Below, in pieces: positions 18,213-27,449 of a stretch of 64,000 nucleotides of DNA. A program made the position numbers and the translations under genes. Source of the DNA: Planctomycetia bacterium (GTDB lineage: Bacteria > Planctomycetota > Phycisphaerae > Phycisphaerales > SM1A02); the NCBI GenBank assembly GCA_005799475.1, contig SYGQ01000010.1, positions 2,291 through 66,290 on the forward strand. The letters run 5' to 3'. Each line of letters begins with the position of its first letter. Position 1 is the stretch's first letter. A model generated the notes under the pieces. The model was not told the origin of the DNA. It worked only from the letters and a program-made list of their open reading frames with translations, and searched no databases.

Positions 18213-18825
18213 GGGCCACCGTGCCTTCGATCTCGGTAAGGCGCCGTGAAAGCGCGCGCATCGGCAGCCCGGCAATGACATCGCGATCCCCCTCGATGTC
18301 GAACAACCACCCAGCACCAGCGATCTCCTCGATATTGAAGCCACCCGCGCGACCTTGCCACGCGCCGCTCGCCAGATGAGCCGCAAGCCGCGCGCGATTT
18401 GATTCGCAGAGTGCCAGTGCGGCCGACTCACTGAAGAGCACTCGACGCTGCTGCGTGAGATCGACCACACAGACTCCCGTGAACACTTCGATCGGCCGCC
18501 CAATGATTGTGGAAAGCATGTCGTGAGCCTCGGCTTCGGTCGTCGGCTTGCCCATCACGCGCGAGCCAGAAACGCACACAGTGTCTGCGGACACGATGGC
18601 CAATGGTGCGTGGGAAGCCTCGCCGACCGAGCGACGCACCCAAACCTGCGCTGCCTTGAACCATGCCAAGGAAGCGCAGTCGGCCCGCGCGCGTTGGGCC
18701 CGGACTGGCATGCCGGCATCGTCGATCAATGGTGGCCGTACGACGACCTCATAGCCGTGGCGCTCGAGCAACTGTCGGCGTCGGACACTTGAACTGGCGA
18801 GGATGACACAGGACCGACGACTCAT
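18205..18825 (-). CDS. maf: Maf-like nucleoside triphosphate pyrophosphatase
   Basis: ILASSSVRRRQLLE, SADTVV-like SADTVCV, GKP and IEGD.D..IGLP-like IEGDRDVIAGLP. There is an ATGA overlap with the upstream heptosyltransferase. Confidence 0.88.
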   Translation of the reverse strand: MSRRSCVILASSSVRRRQLLERHGYEVVVRPPLIDDAGMPVRAQRARADCASLAWFKAAQVWVRRSVGEASHAPLAIVSADTVCVSGSRVMGKPTTEAEAHDMLSTIIGRPIEVFTGVCVVDLTQQRRVLFSESAALALCESNRARLAAHLASGAWQGRAGGFNIEEIAGAGWLFDIEGDRDVIAGLPMRALSRRLTEIEGTVARG

Positions 18826-19892
18826 CGCTTCGACTCCGCGAGCCGCGCACGAACCCGGTCGACGACGGCGGCGACCGCGAGCCGCTGCATCATCGCCTGG
18901 CCCACGAGCGCATCGCGGTGCATTCGCGGACCAAGGCGTTCACCCTCGCCTCCATGCAGGCACCAACGGGACTCTCCATAGGGACCATCGACATGTGGGC
19001 GCGACGCTCCGAAGAGTGCGACAAGGGGCACCGCGAAACCAACCGCGATGTGCGCCGCAGCGGAGTCCAGTGACAGCACCATCGCCGACCCGGCGATCGC
19101 GGCCATCGTCGCCGCGACATCGGTCCGCCCCGCGAGCGCGTGATGACGGATCGTCGCTGAGTCGACCGATGGCACACACTCACCGACTTGCGACTCTTCT
19201 CCGGCGGCGCCGATGTGACATACATCAGTGATGCCGTGGCGCGCGAAGTCCGCTCCGAGGACAGCAAGCGCATCTTGCCAGCGCGTCGCGGGCCAGCGCT
19301 TCCCTTCCCATCGGTTCGCCGCCGCGACAACGGCGTATCGGTGGCCAACTCCAATGTCCGTTCGAAGTCGCGCCCACGCATCCACCCCTTCTCGCGGCGC
19401 ACTCAGCCGCATGTCGATCCCGGGGCTCCCCCCCGCTGCCTCAGCGAGGTGAAGCATCGAATCCACCACATGTTCATCGGGCGCCGTGGCCACGCGATGG
19501 GTGGCCGCAACCCATGCGAACTCAAGCGCCCGCGACGAGGCGACGCGGACGCGCGCACGGGTCGCCAACGACATGAGGCCGCTTCGCGCGAGCCCCTGCG
19601 CATCGATCACGGTGTCGTACTTCCTCGCGTGGAGTCGCGCGAACCACCTCGCGCACTCGGCCATCACCACCGGATTCCACGCCACGGCTCGGAAGCGACG
19701 CTTCGGAAAGGCGATGACCTCGTTGAGCCCGGGCGTCGAGCGAACCGCATCGACCCAGCGGTCCTCAACGACCCAGTCGATGACGGCCTGTGGATCGGCT
19801 GCTCGGAGCGAGTGAAGCACCGGCACCGTCCGGCACACATCGCCCAAGGCGCTCGGACGCACGATCAAGATGCGCCTCGTGTCCGTCCTCAT
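18822..19892 (-). CDS. ADP-heptose:LPS heptosyltransferase (GT9)
   Basis: RILIVRPSALGDVCRTVPVLHSLR and C-terminal SLDSAAAHIAVGFAVPLVALFG. The start is set at the ATG at 19892; the upstream part of the ORF has no GT9 similarity. Confidence 0.85.
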   Translation of the reverse strand: MRTDTRRILIVRPSALGDVCRTVPVLHSLRAADPQAVIDWVVEDRWVDAVRSTPGLNEVIAFPKRRFRAVAWNPVVMAECARWFARLHARKYDTVIDAQGLARSGLMSLATRARVRVASSRALEFAWVAATHRVATAPDEHVVDSMLHLAEAAGGSPGIDMRLSAPREGVDAWARLRTDIGVGHRYAVVAAANRWEGKRWPATRWQDALAVLGADFARHGITDVCHIGAAGEESQVGECVPSVDSATIRHHALAGRTDVAATMAAIAGSAMVLSLDSAAAHIAVGFAVPLVALFGASRPHVDGPYGESRWCLHGGEGERLGPRMHRDALVGQAMMQRLAVAAVVDRVRARLAESKR

Positions 19893-19953
19893 CGCCAGAG
19901 CGCGTGAGTATAGTTGCGGGACGGACTTGCTCCCATTTGGAACCACTCGCACG

Positions 19954-21270
19954 GTGAGTACACAGCCACCATCAAGTTCGCCGCCGCCTTCCCCGGGTGG
20001 TCCCGGGGCCGCGGGACCTTCCCCATCGGGGACCGGAGAAAGCGCTGGATCGCGATCCGGAAGTGCGAGCGATTCGCTTGTCGCTCGCCTCATCGTCGAG
20101 CGCGGCCTCGCGCCGCAGACCGAGGTCGACGCGGCGATCGCCGCGCTTCGCGCCAATGCCGGACAGGGGCGAGCCTTCTCAGACATCTTGGTGGATGCGC
20201 AGATCGTCACGCGGCGACAGTTGGCGCGACTGCGCAACGAAGCTGAGAGCGACAAGACCGTCTTGCGCATCCCCGGATTCCAGATGATCCGGAAACTCGG
20301 GGCGGGCGCGATGGCGAGTGTCTATCTCGCCAAGCAGGTGAGCCTTGATCGCCTCGTTGCCGTCAAGGTGCTGCCCAAACAGTTTTCCGCCGATCAGAAC
20401 TTCATCGAACGGTTCTATCGGGAGGGACAAGCGGCCGCGAAGCTCTCAGATCCAAACATCGTCGGCGCGCTCGAACTCGGCCGCGTCGGCGAGCAGCACT
20501 ACTTCGTCATGGAGTATGTCGATGGCGACACGGTGTACGACCGCATCGTTGCGGCAAAGAGGATGAAGGACCGTGACGCGTTGCAGATCGTGCGCCAGAT
20601 CGCCAGCGCCCTCAAGCACGCGCATGCCGCTGGATTCATTCATCGCGACATCAAACCGAAGAACATCATGATCACCCGCAGCGGCGTCGTGAAGCTTGCG
20701 GATCTCGGACTTGCACGGGCGATGAGTGACAAGAAGACCGCCGAGGCTGAGCGCCACAAGGCTTTCGGCACGCCGTACTACATCAGTCCCGAGCAAGTTC
20801 GCGGTGCCGTCGACCTCGGCCCGCCCGCTGACATCTATGGACTCGGCGCAACTTTCTATCACATGCTGACCGGCCGGGTTCCCTTTGAGGGGCGCGATCC
20901 CACCGAAGTCATGCGCCACCATCTGGAGTCGCCACTCACGCCGCCGGACCAGATTGTGAGCGGCATCTCGCAGAGCACCGCCGAGATCGTCGAGATGATG
21001 ATGGCGAAGAAAGCGAAGGACCGCTACCAGTCCGCGCAAGAACTCATGGATGACCTCGACTTGGCGCTTGCCGCTCAACCGTTGCGCTACGCGTCGCGCG
21101 AAGCCGACATCTCGGCCCTCGCCTCGCAAGTCGAAGGGACGGCCGAGACCGAGGTGGCCGAAGCCCCGCGTTCGTCAGGGCGCGCGTCCTCGTTGCACCT
21201 CGCACTCATCATCGGCTTGTCCGCGCTGTCGGCCGCGCTGCTCATCATCATCCTGCTCATTCGGAAGTAG
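19954..21270 (+). CDS. Ser/Thr protein kinase, C-terminally tail-anchored, with an N-terminal T2SSE_N/MshEN-like helical motif
   Basis: Hanks kinase motifs LGAGAMASVYLA, AVKVL, HRDIKPKNIM, DLGLA and GTPYYISPE. C-terminal TM helix LALIIGLSALSAALLIIILLI. The start is uncertain: GTG 19954 was chosen, and TTG 19927 is possible. It cannot be much earlier because the divergent GT9 gene starts at 19892. Confidence 0.88.
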   Translation: MSTQPPSSSPPPSPGGPGAAGPSPSGTGESAGSRSGSASDSLVARLIVERGLAPQTEVDAAIAALRANAGQGRAFSDILVDAQIVTRRQLARLRNEAESDKTVLRIPGFQMIRKLGAGAMASVYLAKQVSLDRLVAVKVLPKQFSADQNFIERFYREGQAAAKLSDPNIVGALELGRVGEQHYFVMEYVDGDTVYDRIVAAKRMKDRDALQIVRQIASALKHAHAAGFIHRDIKPKNIMITRSGVVKLADLGLARAMSDKKTAEAERHKAFGTPYYISPEQVRGAVDLGPPADIYGLGATFYHMLTGRVPFEGRDPTEVMRHHLESPLTPPDQIVSGISQSTAEIVEMMMAKKAKDRYQSAQELMDDLDLALAAQPLRYASREADISALASQVEGTAETEVAEAPRSSGRASSLHLALIIGLSALSAALLIIILLIRK

Positions 21271-21286
21271 CCGCCCCCAACGAGTG

Positions 21287-21769
21287 TCAGGGAGCGAGTT
21301 CGACGAGCATCTCGACTTCGACGCATGCATTGAGGGGCAGTGCATTCGTGCCGACGGCGGCTCGTGCATGCCGACCCGATTCTCCGAAGAGCCGCTGAAG
21401 GAGGTCGCTGGCCCCGTTGGCCACTTTGGGCTGGTCACCGAAACCTTCCACGCTCGCGACGAACACGCCGAGCCGCACGATGCGCACGACTTGATCGAGC
21501 GATCCGCCGCACGCCCCGCGCACGACCGCGAGTCCATTGAGCACACACTGCTGCGCGCACGACTGGGCAACTTCGAGCGTCACCGTGTCGCCGACCCGGC
21601 CGGTGGCGATGAGGGCGCCATCGCGGAATGGCAGCTGCCCGCTGACAAAGAGGAGATTCCCGCTCCTCACGCACGGGATGTACGACGCGACGGGCTTTGG
21701 AGCCGCCGGAATCGCAAGTCCGAGCAAGGCGAGCGTTTCCGTGACACGCTGATCATGAGAATTGGACAT
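21287..21769 (-). CDS. RidA/YjgF family reactive-intermediate deaminase
   Basis: YIPCVRSGNLLFVSGQLP...ARAAVGTNALPLNACVEVEMLVE is the typical RidA pattern. Confidence 0.88.
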   Translation of the reverse strand: MSNSHDQRVTETLALLGLAIPAAPKPVASYIPCVRSGNLLFVSGQLPFRDGALIATGRVGDTVTLEVAQSCAQQCVLNGLAVVRGACGGSLDQVVRIVRLGVFVASVEGFGDQPKVANGASDLLQRLFGESGRHARAAVGTNALPLNACVEVEMLVELAP

Positions 21770-21919
21770 CTCCCGACGATACTCCCTCGGATGGTCCAGA
21801 TAAATCCAGAAACCCTGATTTGACTCGCACCCGGATCGCGCTAGCCTCGTATGGTCTAGAGTTCGTTCAGCCTGCCCGAGTCATCCATACCCGAACGAAA
21901 GTTCACCCCGTCCTACTTC

Positions 21920-21934
21920 GGTTCAGTTTGAACC
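21920..21934. promoter_or_regulatory. Perfect 6-bp inverted repeat GGTTCA-gtt-TGAACC in the long A/T-richer region upstream of the DUF1559 genes
   Basis: Read directly from the sequence. It lies about 230 nt upstream of the ATG at 22165. TCCAGA/TCTAGA-containing words recur nearby. Any operator function is purely speculative. Confidence 0.2.
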
Positions 21935-22164
21935 AAGTGTTTCCGGCTCGGCAGTCGACAATCTGATCATCGAATCCAGAGTGCTCACGCATTCTGTGGA
22001 TGGCTTGTCGATGTCCGCAAGTTCGCCGACGGTCGCGGCTCAGCACCCATCCCGATTCGCTGCCGTCGTTGCACCGCCTCGCCGACGCGACCGTCCGCGC
22101 CGAACGAGATCGTCATAGCCGTCTGGACATCACATTTTCCCCCACACTTGAGGAATCAACCCAC

Positions 22165-23088
22165 ATGAAGAATCCCACGCTCATTCGACGCGGCTTCACG
22201 CTCGTCGAACTGCTGGTCGTCATTGCCATCATTGCCGTCCTCGTTGGACTGCTCCTGCCAGCATTGGCGAAGGCTCAGGCCAATGCCAAGACAGTCAAAG
22301 ACTCGACCCAGGTCACCCAGATCCACAAGGCGTTCATGATTTACGCCAACGACAACACGGAAGGCAAGCTTCCAATCCCGGGCCTTATCAACCGGCTCGC
22401 CGTCGTCATCGGGACGCAGGCGATGCAGTTGCAGGGTCAAGGCAAGGAGGACTTCGGCAAGAACAGCACCGCGAACCTCTACTCCGCCTGCATTGCGCGT
22501 GAAATGTTCAACACCGACATCGTGATCGGCCCGACCGAGGTGAATCCGGTCGTCGTTGAGAAGAAGGACTACGACCACACCCAGTACGACCCGGCTTCCG
22601 ACAAGTACTGGGACACCACCTTCTACGCCAATGTCCATGCGCAGCCAGGCGGTGCCAACAATCCGTTCTGCCACACCTCCTTTGCGCACCAAGGACTCTT
22701 TGGTCTTCGCAAGAAGATGTCGTGGCGCAACACCAGCGATAGCACCAAGCCGCTCGTGGCGAGTCGCGGGACCAAGAACGGCGCCATGACCGGTGACGAC
22801 TTCAAGAAGAGCCCGACACTCCAGCTCCACGGATCGAAAAAAGAATGGGAAGGCAATGTCTGCTTCGCAGACAACCACACCCAGTTCCTTTCCAGCATGT
22901 ACCCCGATGGCGTGAGTTACGAGTGCGGGACCGGCAACCTCACGAAGGACAACCTGTACAACTGCGAATTCACGAGCTGCGGGACCGGCGCTTCGGGCGC
23001 TGCCGCGGGCGATGCGTACCTCGGCATCACCATCGGCGTCCCTCAGGAGAACATGGGCACGCACACCGTGGATGCCCTCAACCCTTGA
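22165..23088 (+). CDS. Prepilin-type N-terminal cleavage/methylation domain protein with an H-X9-DG motif (DUF1559-like)
   Basis: MKNPTLIRRG|FTLVELLVVIAIIAVLVGLLLPALAKA, and C-terminal NHTQFLSSMYPDG (H-X9-DG). A GAGGAA sequence sits ~10 nt upstream of the ATG. The longer ORF from 22000 was rejected. Confidence 0.85.
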   Translation: MKNPTLIRRGFTLVELLVVIAIIAVLVGLLLPALAKAQANAKTVKDSTQVTQIHKAFMIYANDNTEGKLPIPGLINRLAVVIGTQAMQLQGQGKEDFGKNSTANLYSACIAREMFNTDIVIGPTEVNPVVVEKKDYDHTQYDPASDKYWDTTFYANVHAQPGGANNPFCHTSFAHQGLFGLRKKMSWRNTSDSTKPLVASRGTKNGAMTGDDFKKSPTLQLHGSKKEWEGNVCFADNHTQFLSSMYPDGVSYECGTGNLTKDNLYNCEFTSCGTGASGAAAGDAYLGITIGVPQENMGTHTVDALNP

Positions 23089-23126
23089 GACCGACACGCC
23101 ACTTGAAACCACAAGAAGAACCCACC

Positions 23127-24011
23127 ATGAACACTCACACGCATCGAACACAACGCGCTTTCACGCTCATCGAGCTTCTCGTCGTGATGGCCATCATCGC
23201 CCTCCTCTTGGGCATCCTTCTCCCGGCTCTTGCCAAGGCGCGCGCCACGGCACGGCAGGTGAAGGACTCGACCCAGATCCAACAGGTGCACAAGGGATGG
23301 TCCATCGCAGCCGTCGACAGTGTCAGTGGACGCTTCCCGACCCCGGGCGAGATCAATCGCTTGGCGTACGGCGGAGCGCAACTCCCCGGCCGCGGCAATG
23401 AGGACGAGTCGAGGAACTCTCACCAGAGCCTCTACTCGGCGTGCGTCGCCAAGCAGATGTTTTCGCCGCAGATCCTCATGAGCCCTTCGGAGACGAGTTC
23501 GAAGATGGCCATTTGCGCGAACTACAACTACAACGCGTACCGACCCGCCTCGGATATCTACTGGGACGAGACTAACTTCAAGATCACAGGCACCGGAGCC
23601 ACCATCAGCGCCTCGGCGACCTCGTACGCAACGATGCCCCTCTCGAACACGGTGCGCCGAGCGCGCGAGTGGAGGAACTCCGTCAACTCGAAGATGGTGG
23701 TTCTTGGGAACCGCGGCGTCAAGGATGGTTCGACCGCCGCCGCCGACTACGCCACCTCCAAGACCCTGGAAATCCATGGGGCCAAGGACGAGTGGGAAGG
23801 CAACCTCTGCTTCAATGACAACCATGTCACCTTCGGCCGAACCTTCGTGCCCGAAGGAACTGACTTGGTCACGGTCGGCACAACCAACATCGTCGACAAT
23901 GTCTTCAAGAACGATGACACCACGAAGCACGGTGACATGCTCATCCAACTCGTCACTTCCGTCACGGGTACACAGGGGCTCCCGGCGAGTCACACGGCTG
24001 GCTGGGACTAA
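23127..24011 (+). CDS. Prepilin-type N-terminal cleavage/methylation domain protein, a DUF1559-like paralog
   Basis: MNTHTHRTQRA|FTLIELLVVMAIIALLLGILLPALAKA, and C-terminal NHVTFGRTFVPEG (an H-X9-EG variant). It is clearly paralogous to the preceding gene (LYSAC, EWEGN.CF.DNH). Confidence 0.85.
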   Translation: MNTHTHRTQRAFTLIELLVVMAIIALLLGILLPALAKARATARQVKDSTQIQQVHKGWSIAAVDSVSGRFPTPGEINRLAYGGAQLPGRGNEDESRNSHQSLYSACVAKQMFSPQILMSPSETSSKMAICANYNYNAYRPASDIYWDETNFKITGTGATISASATSYATMPLSNTVRRAREWRNSVNSKMVVLGNRGVKDGSTAAADYATSKTLEIHGAKDEWEGNLCFNDNHVTFGRTFVPEGTDLVTVGTTNIVDNVFKNDDTTKHGDMLIQLVTSVTGTQGLPASHTAGWD

Positions 24012-24040
24012 TTCCAGCCGCCAGACACAGTGCCATTGAA

Positions 24041-24069
24041 AGGCCCGGCCACTCGGCTGGGCCTTTTTC
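24041..24069 (+). terminator. Rho-independent terminator after the DUF1559 pair
   Basis: AGGCCCGGCC-actc-GGCTGGGCCT forms a 10-bp stem with one G-U pair, followed by TTTT. Confidence 0.6.
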
Positions 24070-24105
24070 ATTCAACACCTCGCGCTCCGTACCATTGCTC
24101 CTCTG

Positions 24106-25806
24106 ATGCGTAGTGCCGTCATCTTGGGTTGCGCGGTCGCATTGTGGGCCGGAGCGACGCGCGAACCGATCTCACGCGCCCAAGTCGCTGTTCCTGCCCA
24201 ACGGCAAGCGACCTTGGTGGCGGTCCTCCCGGTGCACGGCGAGATTGATGAAGTCACGGCCCGTTCCCTGGAGCGGCGAGTCGAGCAGGCTGTGCAGGAT
24301 GGGGCCACCGCGATCGTGATCGAACTCAACACGCCCGGGGGCGATGCCTACGGCACGCTCCAGATTTGCCATCTCATCAAGACGCAGTTCCCAGCCAACA
24401 CGGTCGCGTGGGTTCACCCCAACGCCTACTCGGCCGGCGCGATCATCGCTCTTGCCTGCCGCGAAATCATCATGAGCGAAGGTGCTGCCATGGGGGACGC
24501 CGCACCCATCCAGGGCGTCCCGGGAGTGGGCCTCACGCCATTGCCGGCCACCGAGCGCGCCAAGATCGAGGCGCCCATCATCTCGGAGGTCGCCGACAGT
24601 GCACGCCGACGCGGGTACGACGAAGGACTTGTCCGGTCGTTTGTGCGGCTCGGTTCCGAACTATGGCTCCTGAGAAAGAAGGACTCGACCCAGCGGGCGA
24701 TCGTCGACCGCGACGAGTACCACGCCATCTTCGGCGAGGATCCGCCGACTCAAGCGACGAATCGCGTTCCCGCATGGGCCGACTTGGCCGACGGCGCGAT
24801 CGAACCGATCGCGCCGCTCTTCACGGGTACGCGTTCGCGAGATGTCCTCGAGTCACCCGAGGGAATGCCCACGCCACGCGTGCGCCTTGCCGCGCAAGAA
24901 CGCGACGCGTGGCAACTCGTCGGCCAAGTGGCCTTCGCTGATCAGTTGCTCGTTGTGCGCACCGATGAAGCCGAAGCCCTCTCGTTGTGCCGCGGAACCG
25001 TCAACGATGATCGCGAACTGAAGGCATGGATGGGCGCGTCGAGCGTCGTGCGTTACAGCGAGACATGGTCGGAGCATGCCGTTCGTTTTCTCACGAGTTG
25101 GCCCGTGCGGATCGTCCTCGTGATCGTGCTGATCGTGGGATTCGCACTCGAGGCGATGATTCCCGGCGGCTTCCTCTTCGGAGCGGCGGCGACGGTGGCA
25201 CTGCTGCTCCTGATCGGCGCGCCGGCACTGGTCGGCATGGCGCAGTGGTGGGAACTTGTCGCGGTCCTTGTCGGGCTCGCGCTCGTCGCGCTCGACATCG
25301 TGGTGATCCCTGTGGGCGGATGGATCGCCGTACTCGGCGGTGCCATGGTCCTCGCCGGGCTCGTGTCGAGTTTCGTGACTCGTGACATCTCATCGGTCGA
25401 GGGCCAGCGGCAGTTGCTTGTGGGAATCGGCACGACCCTGGCCGGCTTGTTTGGATCGGCGGCGGCGATCTGGGCGCTCTGGCGGTACATCCCGGAGTCG
25501 AAGTTCGCTCGTCGCGCAACGCTGCAGGAGGCGGCCACAACGAGGGCCGGTCCCGCGCTTCTCGCTGCCGAGGGCGTACCGGACTCACCTGGGGTGGGAA
25601 CCGTGCTCTCCGCGGCCACGGACCTGCGCCCGAGCGGCAAGGTGCTCTGGCAGCGGCGCCCCATCGACGCGCGCACCACCGGCGATTATGTGAACGCGGG
25701 GGCTCGCGTGCGGCTGGTTCGATGCCTCGCTGGGGAATGGGAAGTCGAAGCTGTCCCGGACGCTGATCACACAACACCATGGACTCCCCAGGAGCACACT
25801 GGATGA
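24106..25806 (+). CDS. NfeD-family membrane-bound serine protease (ClpP class), long form
   Basis: VLPVHGEIDEVTARSLERRVEQA...IELNTPGGD...NAYSAGAIIALAC (catalytic Ser context). A multi-TM block follows, then a C-terminal OB-like tail. Confidence 0.85.
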   Translation: MRSAVILGCAVALWAGATREPISRAQVAVPAQRQATLVAVLPVHGEIDEVTARSLERRVEQAVQDGATAIVIELNTPGGDAYGTLQICHLIKTQFPANTVAWVHPNAYSAGAIIALACREIIMSEGAAMGDAAPIQGVPGVGLTPLPATERAKIEAPIISEVADSARRRGYDEGLVRSFVRLGSELWLLRKKDSTQRAIVDRDEYHAIFGEDPPTQATNRVPAWADLADGAIEPIAPLFTGTRSRDVLESPEGMPTPRVRLAAQERDAWQLVGQVAFADQLLVVRTDEAEALSLCRGTVNDDRELKAWMGASSVVRYSETWSEHAVRFLTSWPVRIVLVIVLIVGFALEAMIPGGFLFGAAATVALLLLIGAPALVGMAQWWELVAVLVGLALVALDIVVIPVGGWIAVLGGAMVLAGLVSSFVTRDISSVEGQRQLLVGIGTTLAGLFGSAAAIWALWRYIPESKFARRATLQEAATTRAGPALLAAEGVPDSPGVGTVLSAATDLRPSGKVLWQRRPIDARTTGDYVNAGARVRLVRCLAGEWEVEAVPDADHTTPWTPQEHTG

Positions 25807-26426
25807 ACTTTGCCTCGCTGATCGTGGCTCAACAAGCCGTCCCCGTGCGCGACGATATCTATCTCTTCGTCTCGTTGGGACTCCTCGGTCTCGCTCTCGT
25901 CTTTCTCGTCCTAGAGTTGTTCATTCCAACCGCGGGCGTCCTCGCCATACTTACCGGAGTCGCTGCCGTCGCGTCAATCGCGTCGATGTTCGTCTACGAC
26001 TCGACATGGGGAGGCATCTATCTCGTCATCGTGTGCGCAGGCAGTCCGATCGCCGTTGTTCTCGCCTTCAAGGTGTGGTCGAAGACGCCCATCGCGAATC
26101 GCATGGTGCTGCGAGGCGGCGCTGACGGATCGCCCCCAGCGCCCCAGGGCGACGAGCCGCCCACGGATCTTTCGCGCGCCACGCGTGGCATGGCCGCGCG
26201 CGCAACGGCCACTCACCTCTGCGCGTTCGTCGGTCGATCGGGAATCGCCGCAACGACACTCCGCCCCGTCGGGTTTGTCCGGATCGACGGCGCACGGCTC
26301 GACGCCGTGGCCGAGAATGGGTTCATTGAGGCTGGCCGCAGTGTGAGCGTCATTGAAGCCCTCGAGGGACAGCTCAAGGTGCGCGAGGAGTCTTCCGCCG
26401 ACAGCGCGTCGGGCTCCGCGCACTAG
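25803..26426 (+). CDS. NfeD-family protein, short form (TM region plus C-terminal OB-fold)
   Basis: ATGA overlap with the previous gene. It has two or three hydrophobic helices, then GRSGIAATTLRPVGFVRIDGARLDAVAENGFIEAGRSVSVIEALEGQLKV, which is typical of the NfeD C-terminal domain. Confidence 0.7.
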   Translation: MNFASLIVAQQAVPVRDDIYLFVSLGLLGLALVFLVLELFIPTAGVLAILTGVAAVASIASMFVYDSTWGGIYLVIVCAGSPIAVVLAFKVWSKTPIANRMVLRGGADGSPPAPQGDEPPTDLSRATRGMAARATATHLCAFVGRSGIAATTLRPVGFVRIDGARLDAVAENGFIEAGRSVSVIEALEGQLKVREESSADSASGSAH

Positions 26427-26435
26427 GATGCGCGC

Positions 26436-27449
26436 ATGAGCACTCCGGCACCCCTTCTTGCCCTCGAGCCAATCACCTGGGTGGCACTGGCCGTGGCGGC
26501 CGTCATCGGCCTCGTCTTCCTCTTGGTCATCGGCCAGTACATCCAGCTCTGGCTGCAGGCCTGGCTCAGCGGCGCGGCCGTATCGCTCCTTGACCTCATC
26601 ATGATGCGACTGAGGAAGGTGAACCCATCGATCATTGTGCTCAACCGGATCAGCGCCAAGAAGACCGGGATCGACATCCCCACCACCCATATGGAAGCGC
26701 ACTTTCTCGCGGGCGGACGAGTCACCAATGTGGTGCGCGCCATGATCGCGGCGGAGAAGGCAGGGATCGACCTTCCGTGGGACCGTGCGGTCGCCATCGA
26801 TCTCGCCGGCCGCGACATCGTGGATGCCGTGAGTACTTCGGTCATGCCCAAGGTGATCGACTGTCCGAATCCCGCATCGGGGAAACTGACCATCGACGCG
26901 GTCGCCAAGGACGGCATCCAGTTGCGTGCCAAGGCGCGCGTCACGGTGCGCACCAACATCACGAGATTGGTCGGAGGCGCGACGGAAGAGACGATCATCG
27001 CCCGCGTGGGTGAAGGCATCATCTCAACCATCGGCTCCGCGATCGACCACAAGCAGGTCCTTCAGAATCCCGACAGCATTTCGAAGACCGTGCTCGCGAA
27101 GGGACTCGACTCGGGAACGGCTTTCGAGATCCTCTCCATTGACATCGCCGATGTCGATGTGGGCGAGAACATCGGCGCGCAACTGCAAGCCGCGCAGGCC
27201 GAGGCTGACACAAAGCGCTTCCAGGCGCAGGCGGAGCAGCGGCGCGCGCTCGCCGTGGCCCAGGAAGCCGAGCATCAGGCTGAGGCGCAGAAGAACCGGG
27301 CAACCGTCATCCTTGCGGAAGCGGAGATCCCCCGTGCGATGGCCGAGTCATTCCGCAGCGGAAACCTCGGCGTGATGGACTTCTACCGAATGAAGAACCT
27401 GATGGCCGACACCGACATGCGGGCGTCGATCGGACAGACGCCGAGTTAG
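26436..27449 (+). CDS. floA: Flotillin-like protein FloA (UPF0365/YqfA family)
   Basis: [27 protein letters not shown]...[19 protein letters not shown] and the C-terminal MDFYRMKNL match the FloA family pattern. It sits directly after the NfeD genes, as in the Bacillus yqeZ-yqfA arrangement. Confidence 0.9.
   Translation: MSTPAPLLALEPITWVALAVAAVIGLVFLLVIGQYIQLWLQAWLSGAAVSLLDLIMMRLRKVNPSIIVLNRISAKKTGIDIPTTHMEAHFLAGGRVTNVVRAMIAAEKAGIDLPWDRAVAIDLAGRDIVDAVSTSVMPKVIDCPNPASGKLTIDAVAKDGIQLRAKARVTVRTNITRLVGGATEETIIARVGEGIISTIGSAIDHKQVLQNPDSISKTVLAKGLDSGTAFEILSIDIADVDVGENIGAQLQAAQAEADTKRFQAQAEQRRALAVAQEAEHQAEAQKNRATVILAEAEIPRAMAESFRSGNLGVMDFYRMKNLMADTDMRASIGQTPS

Noticed and set aside
22000-22164. 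A 55-codon N-terminal extension of the first DUF1559 gene, from the ORF-track start at 22000.
   Set aside because: Prepilin leaders are short. The ATG at 22165 is preceded by GAGGAA and gives the canonical MKNPTLIRRG|FTLVE leader. The extension is Arg/Ser-rich with no signal-like character.
21770-22164. Possible ncRNA, riboswitch or tRNA in the 395-bp intergenic region.
   Set aside because: I could not recognise any known RNA family consensus, and no strong extended secondary structure was found by eye. It is kept only as an unexplained long leader with a palindrome (see findings).
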